64,000 nucleotides of DNA, taken from NCBI GenBank assembly GCA_964648335.1, contig CAZYLZ010000002.1:13637-77636 (forward strand), given 5' to 3'. A model generated the notes under the pieces. It worked only from the letters and a program-made list of their open reading frames with translations. It was not told the origin of the DNA and did no database searches. Positions 9,680-18,530 of the stretch are shown here, one piece after another; position 1 is the stretch's first letter; each line of letters begins with the position of its first letter. The stretch is from an uncultured Candidatus Saccharibacteria bacterium. Lineage in GTDB: Bacteria; Patescibacteriota; Minisyncoccia; Phycocordibacterales; UBA2100. The position numbers and the translations under genes were made by a program.

Positions 9680-11359
9680 ATGTCTACCGTTCAGTTCGGC
9701 GCGTTTGCTCCTATTATCGAAGCGCTTTTGGCCAAACGCTCAGTGAGCGAAGCTAATGTACCGACATTCCTTTCTCCCGACTACCACATCCATACACACG
9801 ATCCATTCCTGTTTGCCGACATGGGTGTCGCGATGGAGCGACTCTTTAGAGCGCTTCGTTCGAACGAGCGTATCGCTGTGTACGCTGATTTTGATTGCGA
9901 CGGCATACCCGGTGCCACCGTGATGCATGATTTTTTTAAAAAGATTGGGTATGCCAACTTCGAGATCTACATTCCTCATCGCGATCTCGAGGGGTATGGC
10001 ATACACACCGATGCACTCGATGAGCTTAAGGGCCGCAACGTAAGTCTCATGATTACCGTAGATGTCGGCACCGTCGCGATCGAGGGAATCGCCTACGCGA
10101 AGTCACTCGGTATCGACACTATCGTCACCGATCACCACGAGATAGGGGATCGGATGCCGGATGCCGTCGCGGTGATCAACCCGAAGCGCGCGCCGTATCC
10201 TTTCGGCGAGCTCTGCGGAACGGCAACGGCATTCAAGTTGGTGCAAGCTGCGATCGCGCACGGAAAGAAAATAAAGTACCTGCCCTGCATGTCGATTCCC
10301 GAAGGGTGGGACCGATGGCTCTTGGACCTGGTCGCAATCGCGACGGTCGCTGACATGGTCCCACTTATCGGCGAGAATCGCGTGCTTGCGCGCTACGGAC
10401 TGCTCGTGCTGCGCAAATCGCCTCGTCCGGGGATTGCTGCTCTGTGCCGGGCACTTCGCATATCGCAGCGAGATCTCACCGAAGACGATATTGCGTTTTC
10501 TATCGCGCCGAGGGTCAACGCCGCGTCGCGCATGGATAAGCCCGAGCTGGGCTTGGCTCTGTTGTCTACAAAGGACGTCGCAGTTGCCGAGCAGACGGCC
10601 GAAACGCTCGAGCGTCTCAATAAAGAACGCAAAGGAGTCGTCGCGAGCATAGTGAAAGAAATCAAGAAGCGGCTCGAGCACCGAGCCGACGCAGCCATGA
10701 TTGTCTTGGGTGATCCCGACTGGAAACCGGCGCTTCTGGGACTTGTTGCTACATCTATCGTTGGGGAATACGGCAAGGCGGTATGCCTGTGGGGACGCGA
10801 CGGCAAAGGCAAGCTCAAGGGTTCGTGCCGCTCTGACGGAACAGTGAACGTAGTCGAGCTTTTTGGGGCTGCGGAGCATGCACTCATCGAATACGGCGGG
10901 CATAAGATGTCCGGAGGTTTTTCGGTTTCTGGCGAGTCGGTGCATACGTTACCCGAAGTTCTTTCGGCATGTGTCGAGAAGGCGCGCATTCCCGATGTCG
11001 TTATGGCGGATGCCTACGACCTCGATCTGGCAATTTCTGCCATAACCTGGGATTTTTATGACGCCCTGTCACATCTGGCGCCGTTTGGGCTTGGTAATGC
11101 AAAGCCGATCTTTCGCTTTTCGGACGTGACCGTCGTCGATGTGAGGCAGTTTGGCAAGACGAAGGAGCATCTCGAGGTAACGATCGAGGATAAGGAGGGC
11201 GGACGAGCGCGCGCCATATCGTTCTTTTCGACCCCGGCATCGTTTACAGCTCCTTTAGTGATGGGGGAATCCACACATATCATGGCGTGTCTCGAAAAAT
11301 CGACCTTCGGGCGCGCTCCCGAGCTGCGACTCCGGCTTGTGGACAGTGTGAACAACTAG
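9680..11359 (+). CDS. recJ: Single-stranded-DNA-specific exonuclease RecJ
   Basis: DHH-family motifs (YADFDCDGIPGA, VTDHHEIG), DHHA1-like C-terminal region, 559 aa. Confidence 0.85.
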   Translation: MSTVQFGAFAPIIEALLAKRSVSEANVPTFLSPDYHIHTHDPFLFADMGVAMERLFRALRSNERIAVYADFDCDGIPGATVMHDFFKKIGYANFEIYIPHRDLEGYGIHTDALDELKGRNVSLMITVDVGTVAIEGIAYAKSLGIDTIVTDHHEIGDRMPDAVAVINPKRAPYPFGELCGTATAFKLVQAAIAHGKKIKYLPCMSIPEGWDRWLLDLVAIATVADMVPLIGENRVLARYGLLVLRKSPRPGIAALCRALRISQRDLTEDDIAFSIAPRVNAASRMDKPELGLALLSTKDVAVAEQTAETLERLNKERKGVVASIVKEIKKRLEHRADAAMIVLGDPDWKPALLGLVATSIVGEYGKAVCLWGRDGKGKLKGSCRSDGTVNVVELFGAAEHALIEYGGHKMSGGFSVSGESVHTLPEVLSACVEKARIPDVVMADAYDLDLAISAITWDFYDALSHLAPFGLGNAKPIFRFSDVTVVDVRQFGKTKEHLEVTIEDKEGGRARAISFFSTPASFTAPLVMGESTHIMACLEKSTFGRAPELRLRLVDSVNN

Positions 11360-11449
11360 TCCAAGGGGGTGCTCCCGGTGATACGATTGTAGTACTGCAG
11401 AGGACTCTCGGGTCCTGCAACGTTTAATCTTACTTTTTATCTCGATCAT

Positions 11450-12112
11450 ATGGACACTGTCTCTCACGAAGGAACTTCGATTGCGGTCAAAGACATGCTC
11501 TCGTTCGGCTGGGCGACCTTCGAGCGACGCCCTTGGTTCTTCATAGGAATCATCATCATCCTCATGGTGGCAAGCGGCATCGTTAATGCCATCATCACTG
11601 CCATCTTTGGAGCTCAAGGAGCGGGATCCCTCTTCGGTAACGTCGCGAGCTTTTTGGTGAATACGCTCGTATCGATGGGTATCGCGAATGTATTCTTGAA
11701 GGCGCACGAGAATGTGTATTCGGTGCAATTTGCCGATATCTGGCACCCACAGCCATTTCTTAAGTTTTTGGGTGCGTACTTCTTGCAGAGCATCATCATT
11801 TTGGTCGGATTCATTCTCTTGGTCGTGCCGGGCGTCATCGCGATGGTCATGCTCGCGTTCACTTCATACTTGGTGATGGAAAAGGGATTGGGACCTATCG
11901 ACGCCATCAACGAGAGCATCCGCCTGACAAAGGGGGAGCGCTGGAACCTCCTTATCCTCTTAGTGGCACTCATCTTCGTGAACCTGATCGGGCTCTTGGC
12001 ACTTTTGGTAGGACTCTTGGTGACAATCCCTGTTTCTGTCCTTGCTATCGTTCATGCGTATAAGACGTTGTCGCTCAAGAACCCGATGCCAGCGTCATCG
12101 GTCGCAATCTAA
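11450..12112 (+). CDS. Polytopic membrane protein, function unknown
   Basis: Five or six hydrophobic helices, short soluble N-terminus; no catalytic motif recognised. Confidence 0.5.
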   Translation: MDTVSHEGTSIAVKDMLSFGWATFERRPWFFIGIIIILMVASGIVNAIITAIFGAQGAGSLFGNVASFLVNTLVSMGIANVFLKAHENVYSVQFADIWHPQPFLKFLGAYFLQSIIILVGFILLVVPGVIAMVMLAFTSYLVMEKGLGPIDAINESIRLTKGERWNLLILLVALIFVNLIGLLALLVGLLVTIPVSVLAIVHAYKTLSLKNPMPASSVAI

Positions 12113-12188
12113 GCATCAATTTCTTTCTCCAAACGGCGCCTCACGGCGCCGTTTGGTTTTATAAAGATCAGTCCTGTATACTCGTTTT

Positions 12189-12602
12189 ATGCTAGAAAAC
12201 ATCACGATATTCACCGATGGCGGTGCGCGCGGGAATCCTGGGCCGTCGGGCATCGGGGCGGTGATTTACGAGGGGAAGACGCGCCTTGCCGAAGTGTCGG
12301 AATTCATAGGACACGCCACAAATAACTGGGCCGAGTATCAGGCGGTCATTCGAGCCCTCGAGACCGCGGTGCACTATGGGCTGTCGGGAAGAACCATCGA
12401 GTTCCGTCTCGATAGCAAGCTCGTTGCCGAGCAGCTTATGGGCAACTGGCGGGTCAAAGAAGAAACGCTCAAGCCGCAGTGGGCTCGCGCGCGAAGCCTT
12501 ATCGAAGAGCACTTTAAGGACGCCGGTTTCACGTATATCCCGCGCGAGAAAAACAAAGAGGCGGATCGTCTGGCTAATGATGCCATGGACAAAGGTGCGT
12601 AA
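12189..12602 (+). CDS. rnhA: Ribonuclease HI
   Basis: ITIFTDGGARGNPGPSGIGAVIY, NNWAEYQAVIRALE and DSKLVAEQLMGNW carry the D/E/D RNase H catalytic residues. Confidence 0.8.
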   Translation: MLENITIFTDGGARGNPGPSGIGAVIYEGKTRLAEVSEFIGHATNNWAEYQAVIRALETAVHYGLSGRTIEFRLDSKLVAEQLMGNWRVKEETLKPQWARARSLIEEHFKDAGFTYIPREKNKEADRLANDAMDKGA

Positions 12603-12662
12603 GGGTGGCGCTGGCTCGAAACCGATGATATACAGGACATAGTCAGCAACAAGGAGTGAGCG

Positions 12663-13484
12663 ATGAATCTCATCACCCTTTTCAGACGGGCCTTTTGGGA
12701 CTCGTCCGAGTTCGCTACCTATGCGCCGTCCGAACTTTCACGACTTGAATCGCTTAAGGAAGAGACAAGAAAAAAGTTCGTCTTCGCATGGCAAGAGCGA
12801 TATTCGAAAGAAAGCATCGTGAGACAGATGCTGTTTGTGGAGCGACATGACCTGATTGAGCTGAAGTTGCGCCAAATCTCCCAATCCATACGGGAGATCG
12901 AAAGCGGTGTAGGAGACCGCAGTAGGATCGGCGCGCTCAAAGACGCACGGCTCAAGTGGCAAAACCAACACGCTGATCTGATTGCACGGCGATCGGAAAC
13001 TGCGACCGCTCCCGCGAAGATTTTCGATAGAATCTTCACGGTTCCTCGGGTCGTCGCGTGCGAGATGGATGGTACCTGCCTCGTTGTCTATACCGACACG
13101 CTGTACTCGTGCGTGGTAGACCAGCGAAAGCGACGTTGGTACAAGATCGGCCGCTTCCGTATTGCAATAGATCTCGTAGGAAGGCCGAACACGCCTCATA
13201 ACGATGAACGGATTGGCGTCCAGTGGCACAATCTCGATCGAAACCAGTTCTCGTTCAGTATGTGTGCGCCGCAAATCCCGCGTAGCGGGACGGTGAGCTG
13301 CCTCGGTACGACATATTCGCAGATAATGCGAGATGCAGTCGTCTCGGGCGAAACGAATACGCTCGTCGCTGCGGCCATCCGATTCGCGGAATGCCCGTCG
13401 AAATCCAGGAACATGGCCAACTGGCACCGCGTCTCGGAAAACAAAGTACCGAAGTGGTATCTTAATGCCCCACTTGAGTGGTAG
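12663..13484 (+). CDS. Hypothetical protein: N-terminal coiled coil plus a C-terminal domain with a UBC/E2-like H-x-N...C motif (candidate E2-like partner of the downstream E1)
   Basis: Good SD (AAGGAG) before the ATG. Residues 180-205, ERIGVQWHNLDRNQFSFSMCAPQIP, resemble the HPNIDSNGxICLDIL active-site loop of UBC folds (H189, N190, C201), and predicted beta-strands precede it. Own terminator hairpin follows at 13490-13515. Confidence 0.35.
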   Translation: MNLITLFRRAFWDSSEFATYAPSELSRLESLKEETRKKFVFAWQERYSKESIVRQMLFVERHDLIELKLRQISQSIREIESGVGDRSRIGALKDARLKWQNQHADLIARRSETATAPAKIFDRIFTVPRVVACEMDGTCLVVYTDTLYSCVVDQRKRRWYKIGRFRIAIDLVGRPNTPHNDERIGVQWHNLDRNQFSFSMCAPQIPRSGTVSCLGTTYSQIMRDAVVSGETNTLVAAAIRFAECPSKSRNMANWHRVSENKVPKWYLNAPLEW

Positions 13485-13570
13485 TGCAAGCACCGCGCGC
13501 TGCGCGGTGCTTTTTGTTGCCATATGCCCGTTTTGCGATACTCTGCAGACAGAGGAAATGGAGGTGATAC

Positions 13571-14299
13571 ATGACCATACTACTATCGTCCGATCTGCAG
13601 ATTACTGAGTTCGATCCGAGGCACACACGCGGACGTGCTGTCTGGATTCTTGGCTGCGGAACGACTGGCTCTCGTATTGGCGAGGCGCTGGCACGAATGG
13701 GTATCGACCCGGCCCAGATCCATCTGGTCGACGACGATCATGTCGAGTCTGTGAATATCAAGCCACAGCGATACACCCAAGATGACATCGGCCGGCTCAA
13801 GGTAGATGCTTTGGCCGATCATATCAATAAAATCGCACGCTCGCGGCCGCATACCCATGCGAAGCGGTTCAACGGCTCAGAGAAGCTCTCGGGCTATGTG
13901 TTCTTGTGTCTAGACACGCTCGAGGATCGCAGTGCGATCTGGCACCGTGCCATCAAAGACAATGACGATGTCATCATGATGTTCGATGTCGGTATCGGTA
14001 ACTTCAATGGCAAGTACTTCGGCGTGCGACCATGCAATCCTATCCATATCGATCGGTACGAGGCGCATCGTGCAGGAGACTTGGCTGCACAGAAAGAGAT
14101 CCAGGCGATATTGGCGGCACACAACATGTGTGCAACCAAAGCGAACAGGGGTCCGACAGCTGACATCATGTGCGGCATTGTCGAAACTCAGTTCATCAAG
14201 TGGATCGAGGTCGAGAATGGCAATACCGAACCCTTCGAGAATCTGATCGCGTTCTCGATGCGGGGGCAGGCGATGCCGGCCAACGAGATCTGGGGATAG
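13571..14299 (+). CDS. E1-like adenylyltransferase of the ThiF/MoeB/HesA family (242 aa, minimal Rossmann domain)
   Basis: VWILGCGTTGSRIG (GxGxxG), LVDDDHVESVNIKPQRY (matches the DxDxVexSNLnRQ motif), RLKVDAL, YVFLCLDTLEDR (matches DCTDNxxxR), VIMMFDVGIGNFNGKYF. SD GGAGGTG precedes the ATG. Confidence 0.75.
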   Translation: MTILLSSDLQITEFDPRHTRGRAVWILGCGTTGSRIGEALARMGIDPAQIHLVDDDHVESVNIKPQRYTQDDIGRLKVDALADHINKIARSRPHTHAKRFNGSEKLSGYVFLCLDTLEDRSAIWHRAIKDNDDVIMMFDVGIGNFNGKYFGVRPCNPIHIDRYEAHRAGDLAAQKEIQAILAAHNMCATKANRGPTADIMCGIVETQFIKWIEVENGNTEPFENLIAFSMRGQAMPANEIWG

Positions 14300-14410
14300 A
14301 ACCTCGCACCGGGCTTGACTGCCCGGTGCTTTTCTTTACACTCTCGTAAGGCAGGTACTCGTCGCCTGCATAATGACGTTCGAACTGAACAGACGAGAAG
14401 AGGAGAGAAC

Positions 14411-14548
14411 CATGTCGATGAATGCATCGGTGAACACGACTGGCGCCACGCCCGTCTCGTTCGATGTCGTTCGCCAAGCACTCGGCCGCGGCGGGCACGC
14501 TCCGTCGACCCAAGACCGGGCCCGGTACGGACTCGCTGTCGAGGGCTA
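14411..14548 (+). CDS. Small ORF (45 aa) ending in Gly, bracketed by two terminators; candidate peptide or UBL-like partner of the E1, or non-coding
   Basis: SD AGAGGAGAGAA seven nt upstream of the ATG; product MSMNASVNTTGATPVSFDVVRQALGRGGHAPSTQDRARYGLAVEG; terminator hairpins at 14306-14337 and 14561-14591. Not in the six-frame track because it is under 60 aa. Confidence 0.25.
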
Positions 14549-14655
14549 ATCCTCGCTACCACGCTCGATCGGCGGCACGCATGTGCCGCCGGTTTCTTTT
14601 ACATAGGCTCAAACCGCGATAGAATGGCTCTTATTTCGTTACCAGAACACATTCT

Positions 14656-15060
14656 ATGATCAAGGGATTCCAGCAATTTATTCTCCGCGGCAACGTTGTC
14701 GATTTGGCAGTCGGTGTGGTGATTGGAGGAGCCTTCGGTACCGTCGTAACTGCCCTCGTAAAAGACCTGCTTACTCCCTTGGTCGGAGCTATCGTGCAGG
14801 CCCCCGATTTTTCGAGTCTCGCCTTTACTATCAACGGCAGCCAATTCATGTACGGCGACTTCATTAACGCGGTGATTGCGTTTCTCCTCGTTGCTTTCTC
14901 TATCTACTTCTTCGTCGTAACTCCGATGAACGCCATGATGGCCCGCATGAAGAAGGCAGATGTTCCGGCTGACCCGACCACTAAGAAGTGTGGCGAGTGC
15001 CGAAGTGAGATCCCAATGGATGCCAAGCGCTGCGCGCACTGCACGCAGGTTCTTGCGTAA
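14656..15060 (+). CDS. mscL: Large-conductance mechanosensitive channel MscL with C-terminal CxxC-x11-CxxC tail
   Basis: RGNVVDLAVGVVIGGAFGTVVTALVKDLLTP is the MscL signature; C-terminus KKCGECRSEIPMDAKRCAHCTQVLA looks like a zinc ribbon. Confidence 0.85.
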   Translation: MIKGFQQFILRGNVVDLAVGVVIGGAFGTVVTALVKDLLTPLVGAIVQAPDFSSLAFTINGSQFMYGDFINAVIAFLLVAFSIYFFVVTPMNAMMARMKKADVPADPTTKKCGECRSEIPMDAKRCAHCTQVLA

Positions 15061-15067
15061 TAGAGGT

Positions 15068-15433
15068 ATGGCAGATGATGTAAAAGCGGTAGTCGAAGAA
15101 AAGAAAGAAGACGCCCCTCCGGCGCCTCCTAAGACGGCAGTACAAGGATTTCTCGATTTCATACGAGAGCGCGGTGTCGTCGGGCTCGCTATTGGATTCG
15201 TGGTCGGTGGCGCGGTTACCAAGACGGTAACTTCGCTCGTCAACGACGTACTCAATCCGCTCATGGGTCTCGTTCTCGGGTCTCGGCTCAACCTGAGCGA
15301 CATGTCCATCGGTGTCGTAAAGGTCGGCAGCTTCGTGACGAATCTCATCGATCTTGTGATGGTCACTGCCGTGATCTACTTCTTGTTCTACAAAGCGCTT
15401 CGTCTCGACAAGCTCGAGAAGCCGAAGACCTAA
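15068..15433 (+). CDS. mscL: Second MscL paralog
   Basis: GFLDFIRERGVVGLAIGFVVGGAVTKTVTSLVNDVLNPLMG; ATG at 15068 after an acidic/Lys-rich N-terminal tail; strong 17-bp hairpin downstream. Confidence 0.8.
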   Translation: MADDVKAVVEEKKEDAPPAPPKTAVQGFLDFIRERGVVGLAIGFVVGGAVTKTVTSLVNDVLNPLMGLVLGSRLNLSDMSIGVVKVGSFVTNLIDLVMVTAVIYFLFYKALRLDKLEKPKT

Positions 15434-15502
15434 AAATCCTACGCACACAAACGGCCCCGTGATCACTGGTTGACGGGGCCGTTTGTGTGTTAGGGTGCAG
15501 CC

Positions 15503-16846
15503 GTGAAAAAGGCGAAGGTAATACGAATTGCAGGTTGGGCGTTAGTAGTTCTCGCCCTCGTCTGTGCTCGGACGGCCATGATCGCACCGGTGCGCGTAAG
15601 CGAGCTCGATCGTGCTCTCGATACGCGGCTCACTGTCGAAGGAATCATCGACGACGAGCCCGATGTCCGTGAAAACACGCAGCATATCGTCGTCCGAATA
15701 AGCCAGCCGCGCGATACCAAGATCCAAATTGCCACTTCGCGCTACCAGCATTTTTCGTATGGAGACCGGGTTCGGGTCGAAGGAGAGCTCAAGCTACCGC
15801 AAGCGTTTGCGAGCGACGCCGGTCGCGAGTTCGACTACCCGCACTTTCTTGCAAAAGACGGCATAGGGTATCAGATGTCTTTCGCTCAAGTGCATGTCAT
15901 AGACACGAACAACGGGAATCCGGTATGGGCGCTTTTGTATAGAATAAAACAGACGTACACCGACGGTTTGGCCGCGGCACTGTCTGAACCTGAAGCAGGG
16001 CTCGCAGCTGGCATCACTGCGGGAGACAAGCGCGCGATGGGTGGGCGGCTCTTGGAAGACTTCCGCACCGCAGGTGTCGTCCATATCGTCGTTTTGTCGG
16101 GGTATAACATCGCCATTGTATCGACCGCGGTCCTTTTTATGCTCGGCCGACTTTCGCGCAAAGTGGGTTCCGGACTCGGCGCGCTTGCTATCGTGCTCTT
16201 TGTCATAGCTACCGGCGGATCGGCTGCGGCAGTCCGTGCGGGCGTGATGGCCTGTCTTGCGCTTTTTGCCTATGCGACGAACCGTACTTACGACGTATCG
16301 CGTGCTCTCATTGTCGCGGCAGTTGCGATGGTGCTCTGGAATCCACTTACCTTGCTCTACGATCCTGGGTTCCAGCTCTCGGTCATCTCGACAATCGGTA
16401 TCATCTACGTGTCGCCCTTGTTCGAGCAGTGGTTCGGCTCGGTGACCGAAGCATTCGGCATCCGATCCATTCTTGCTACTACGGTCGGCACCCAGATCAC
16501 CGTCATGCCGTTTTTGCTGTATCAGACCGGCATCCTATCGATCGTGGCGCTTCCGGTAAATCTCCTCATCGTTCCTGCCGTGCCGCTCTCGATGCTCCTC
16601 ACCTTTATCGCGGGCGTTTCGGGGGTTGTCGCTCCGTCGGTATCGGTATTCGTGGGTGCTCCCGCATATCTCGTGCTCTCGTACATTCTCGCCGTAGTCG
16701 ACTGGGCCGTGAGGATTCCATTTGCATCAGTGCAGGTACCGGCCTTCCCGCTGTGGTCGGTTTTTATCACGTACCTTATCGGAATCGCGGCGTATTTCTC
16801 GCTCGTGCAGAAGGCGAACTACGTGCGGCACGTGAGCGCAATCTAG
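15503..16846 (+). CDS. comEC: ComEC/Rec2 DNA-uptake channel, membrane portion (DUF4131-like N-terminus plus Competence domain), lacking the metallo-beta-lactamase domain
   Basis: GTG start; N-terminal TM helix plus OB-like region; GLAAGITAGDKRAMGGRLLEDFRTAGVVHIVVLSGYNIAIV is the Competence-domain signature; multiple TM helices. Confidence 0.75.
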   Translation: MKKAKVIRIAGWALVVLALVCARTAMIAPVRVSELDRALDTRLTVEGIIDDEPDVRENTQHIVVRISQPRDTKIQIATSRYQHFSYGDRVRVEGELKLPQAFASDAGREFDYPHFLAKDGIGYQMSFAQVHVIDTNNGNPVWALLYRIKQTYTDGLAAALSEPEAGLAAGITAGDKRAMGGRLLEDFRTAGVVHIVVLSGYNIAIVSTAVLFMLGRLSRKVGSGLGALAIVLFVIATGGSAAAVRAGVMACLALFAYATNRTYDVSRALIVAAVAMVLWNPLTLLYDPGFQLSVISTIGIIYVSPLFEQWFGSVTEAFGIRSILATTVGTQITVMPFLLYQTGILSIVALPVNLLIVPAVPLSMLLTFIAGVSGVVAPSVSVFVGAPAYLVLSYILAVVDWAVRIPFASVQVPAFPLWSVFITYLIGIAAYFSLVQKANYVRHVSAI

Positions 16847-16847
16847 C

Positions 16848-17441
16848 TTATGCCTGCACGGGCGCGAAGCGCTCTTCGAGCACGCCCCAGTTGATCGCCT
16901 TGAAGAATGCAGCGACATACTTGGCCTTGCCCTGTGCTCCGTAATCGAGGAGGAACGCATGCTCCCAAACGTCGAGCGCGATGACGATAGGAAGCGACGC
17001 GAAGTGGCCCTGGTGCTGCTCGCCGGCAAATCCGATGTGGAATCGGCCGCCCTCTGGGTCCCAATAAAGAATCGACCATCCGGGTCCGCGCATGAGTGCC
17101 ACGGCGGTCATCTGCTCGATCATCATCTCAATCGTGCCGTACTGACCGGCTATTGCGTGGCCCAATACCGAATTGTCGGTGGGATTCATTCGCTTGCCGG
17201 TAAATTGTTCAAAGTAGATCTCATGCAAGCGCATGCCGTCGAACTCGAACGACTTGCGACGCGTGAGTTCTGAAAGAGCGTGTGCATGCTTTGCCGAGTC
17301 TTGCATGTACTCGACGATCGCCGCTTCTATCGCATTGAAGTTCTTGACGTAGCCGTTATAGAGGCCGATGTGCTCTTCGATCGATTGAGTGGAGATGCCG
17401 TCGATCGCGGGAAGTTCGAATGTCTTTGGTGCATAAATCAT
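16848..17441 (-). CDS. sodA: Fe/Mn superoxide dismutase
   Basis: N-terminal helical hairpin and C-terminal DVWEHAFLLDY metal-ligand motif; 197 aa. Confidence 0.85.
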   Translation of the reverse strand: MIYAPKTFELPAIDGISTQSIEEHIGLYNGYVKNFNAIEAAIVEYMQDSAKHAHALSELTRRKSFEFDGMRLHEIYFEQFTGKRMNPTDNSVLGHAIAGQYGTIEMMIEQMTAVALMRGPGWSILYWDPEGGRFHIGFAGEQHQGHFASLPIVIALDVWEHAFLLDYGAQGKAKYVAAFFKAINWGVLEERFAPVQA

Positions 17442-17566
17442 ACTAGTTTCTGGTTATGTGGTAATCGGTTATTCGTTTCAAGTATACACAAGCCCCGGGG
17501 CGAATCTATGAACGACCGGGGTAGGATGGGGTTTGCTATCTTCCTGCCGTCTGGCACAGTGCGGGG

Positions 17567-18427
17567 ATGGAGTCGTTTGCGCGTCGCACACTTCCGTTTG
17601 CCTGTTTTGCCCTCGCCATCATTGCTGCAACCATCTGGTGGCAGGTCTATCGGCTTGAGAGTCCGCATGCGCTCGTAGTCTCGTTTTTAAACGTGGGACA
17701 GGGCGACGCCATCTTCATCGAGAGCCCAACGGGGAGGCAGGTCCTCATCGACGGAGGCCCTGATGCCTCGGTATTGCGCGAGCTCGGAGGCAGTATGGCC
17801 TGGTACGACCGACATATCGATGTCGTAATGGCGACGCATCCCGATGCCGATCACATCGCGGGCTTGGTCGACGTGCTGCAGCGCTATTCGGTGGACTATA
17901 TCTTTACTAACGGAGCCACCAAGAACACCGGTCCGGCAGAGTCTCTGTTGCTCTCGGTGGCACACGAGGGCGCGCGCGAGCTCGTGGCGCGTCGCGGCGA
18001 GGTGCTCGACCTGGGCGCTGGCGTAAGGCTTACGGTGCTCTACCCCGACCGGGATGTGTCGCAGTTTAAGGACACCAACGACGGTTCTATGGTGGCAAGG
18101 CTTACCTACGGCGACACAGCGTTCTTGCTTACGGGAGATGCTACGCAGCCTGTCGAGGACTACTTGGTGTATCTCGACCACGAGGGGCTCAAAAGCGACG
18201 TGCTTAAGCCTGGGCATCACGGCTCGAAAACTTCGTCAGCGCCGGATTTTATCGGCTTTGTGGACCCGCAGTATGCTGTTTTATCGCGTGGGTGTACCAA
18301 CCGATATGGGCACCCGCATGCGATAACCCTGCAAACGCTGGCCCGATTTAAGGTGACTACCCTCGACACATGCAAGGATGGGAGGGTAGTTTTTGAGAGT
18401 GATGGCAAGACGGTGGTTCGGAAATAA
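17567..18427 (+). CDS. Metallo-beta-lactamase-fold protein corresponding to the C-terminal domain of ComEC, with N-terminal TM anchor
   Basis: FLNVGQGDAIFIESPTGRQVLIDGGPD, HPDADHIAGL and GHHGSKTS MBL motifs, as in the ComEC C-terminal nuclease domain. Confidence 0.7.
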   Translation: MESFARRTLPFACFALAIIAATIWWQVYRLESPHALVVSFLNVGQGDAIFIESPTGRQVLIDGGPDASVLRELGGSMAWYDRHIDVVMATHPDADHIAGLVDVLQRYSVDYIFTNGATKNTGPAESLLLSVAHEGARELVARRGEVLDLGAGVRLTVLYPDRDVSQFKDTNDGSMVARLTYGDTAFLLTGDATQPVEDYLVYLDHEGLKSDVLKPGHHGSKTSSAPDFIGFVDPQYAVLSRGCTNRYGHPHAITLQTLARFKVTTLDTCKDGRVVFESDGKTVVRK

Positions 18428-18453
18428 ACAGGTAATAAGCCATTTGTATGCTC

Positions 18454-18482
18454 TTGCAATATACACAATAGTATGATATAAT
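18454..18482 (+). promoter_or_regulatory. Sigma70-type promoter with extended -10 (TTGCAA, 17 nt, TGaTATAAT)
   Basis: ttgcaa at 18454-18459; tataat at 18477-18482 preceded by tg; SD AAAGGAG before the ATG at 18531. Confidence 0.5.
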
Positions 18483-18530
18483 ACAAGCAGGTAAGACTAG
18501 AGACTAAAAAGCAGCAAAAAGGAGCGCACC

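Noticed and set aside
10103-10945. 280-aa reverse-strand ORF inside recJ, and similar long antisense ORFs (e.g. 14599-15366, 25614-26078, 53477-54271, 60854-61531, 62821-63255)
   Set aside because: These are shadow ORFs of well-supported genes on the opposite strand (recJ, mscL, fusA, rpsC, rplF/rplR, secY). They are typical of GC-rich DNA and have no SD or domain support.
13571-14299. E1-like protein as ordinary ThiF/MoeB for thiamine or molybdopterin biosynthesis
   Set aside because: Not excluded, but there is no adjacent thiS/thiG/moaD/moaE and the protein lacks the C-terminal rhodanese/zinc-finger parts of MoeB. The neighbourhood fits a standalone E1-like module better.
14315-14659. 114-aa ORF at 14315-14659 and overlapping minus-strand ORFs in the E1-mscL gap
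   Set aside because: No SD and Arg-rich nonsense composition. They span two intrinsic terminators. The short SD-equipped ORF at 14411-14548 is the more credible element here.
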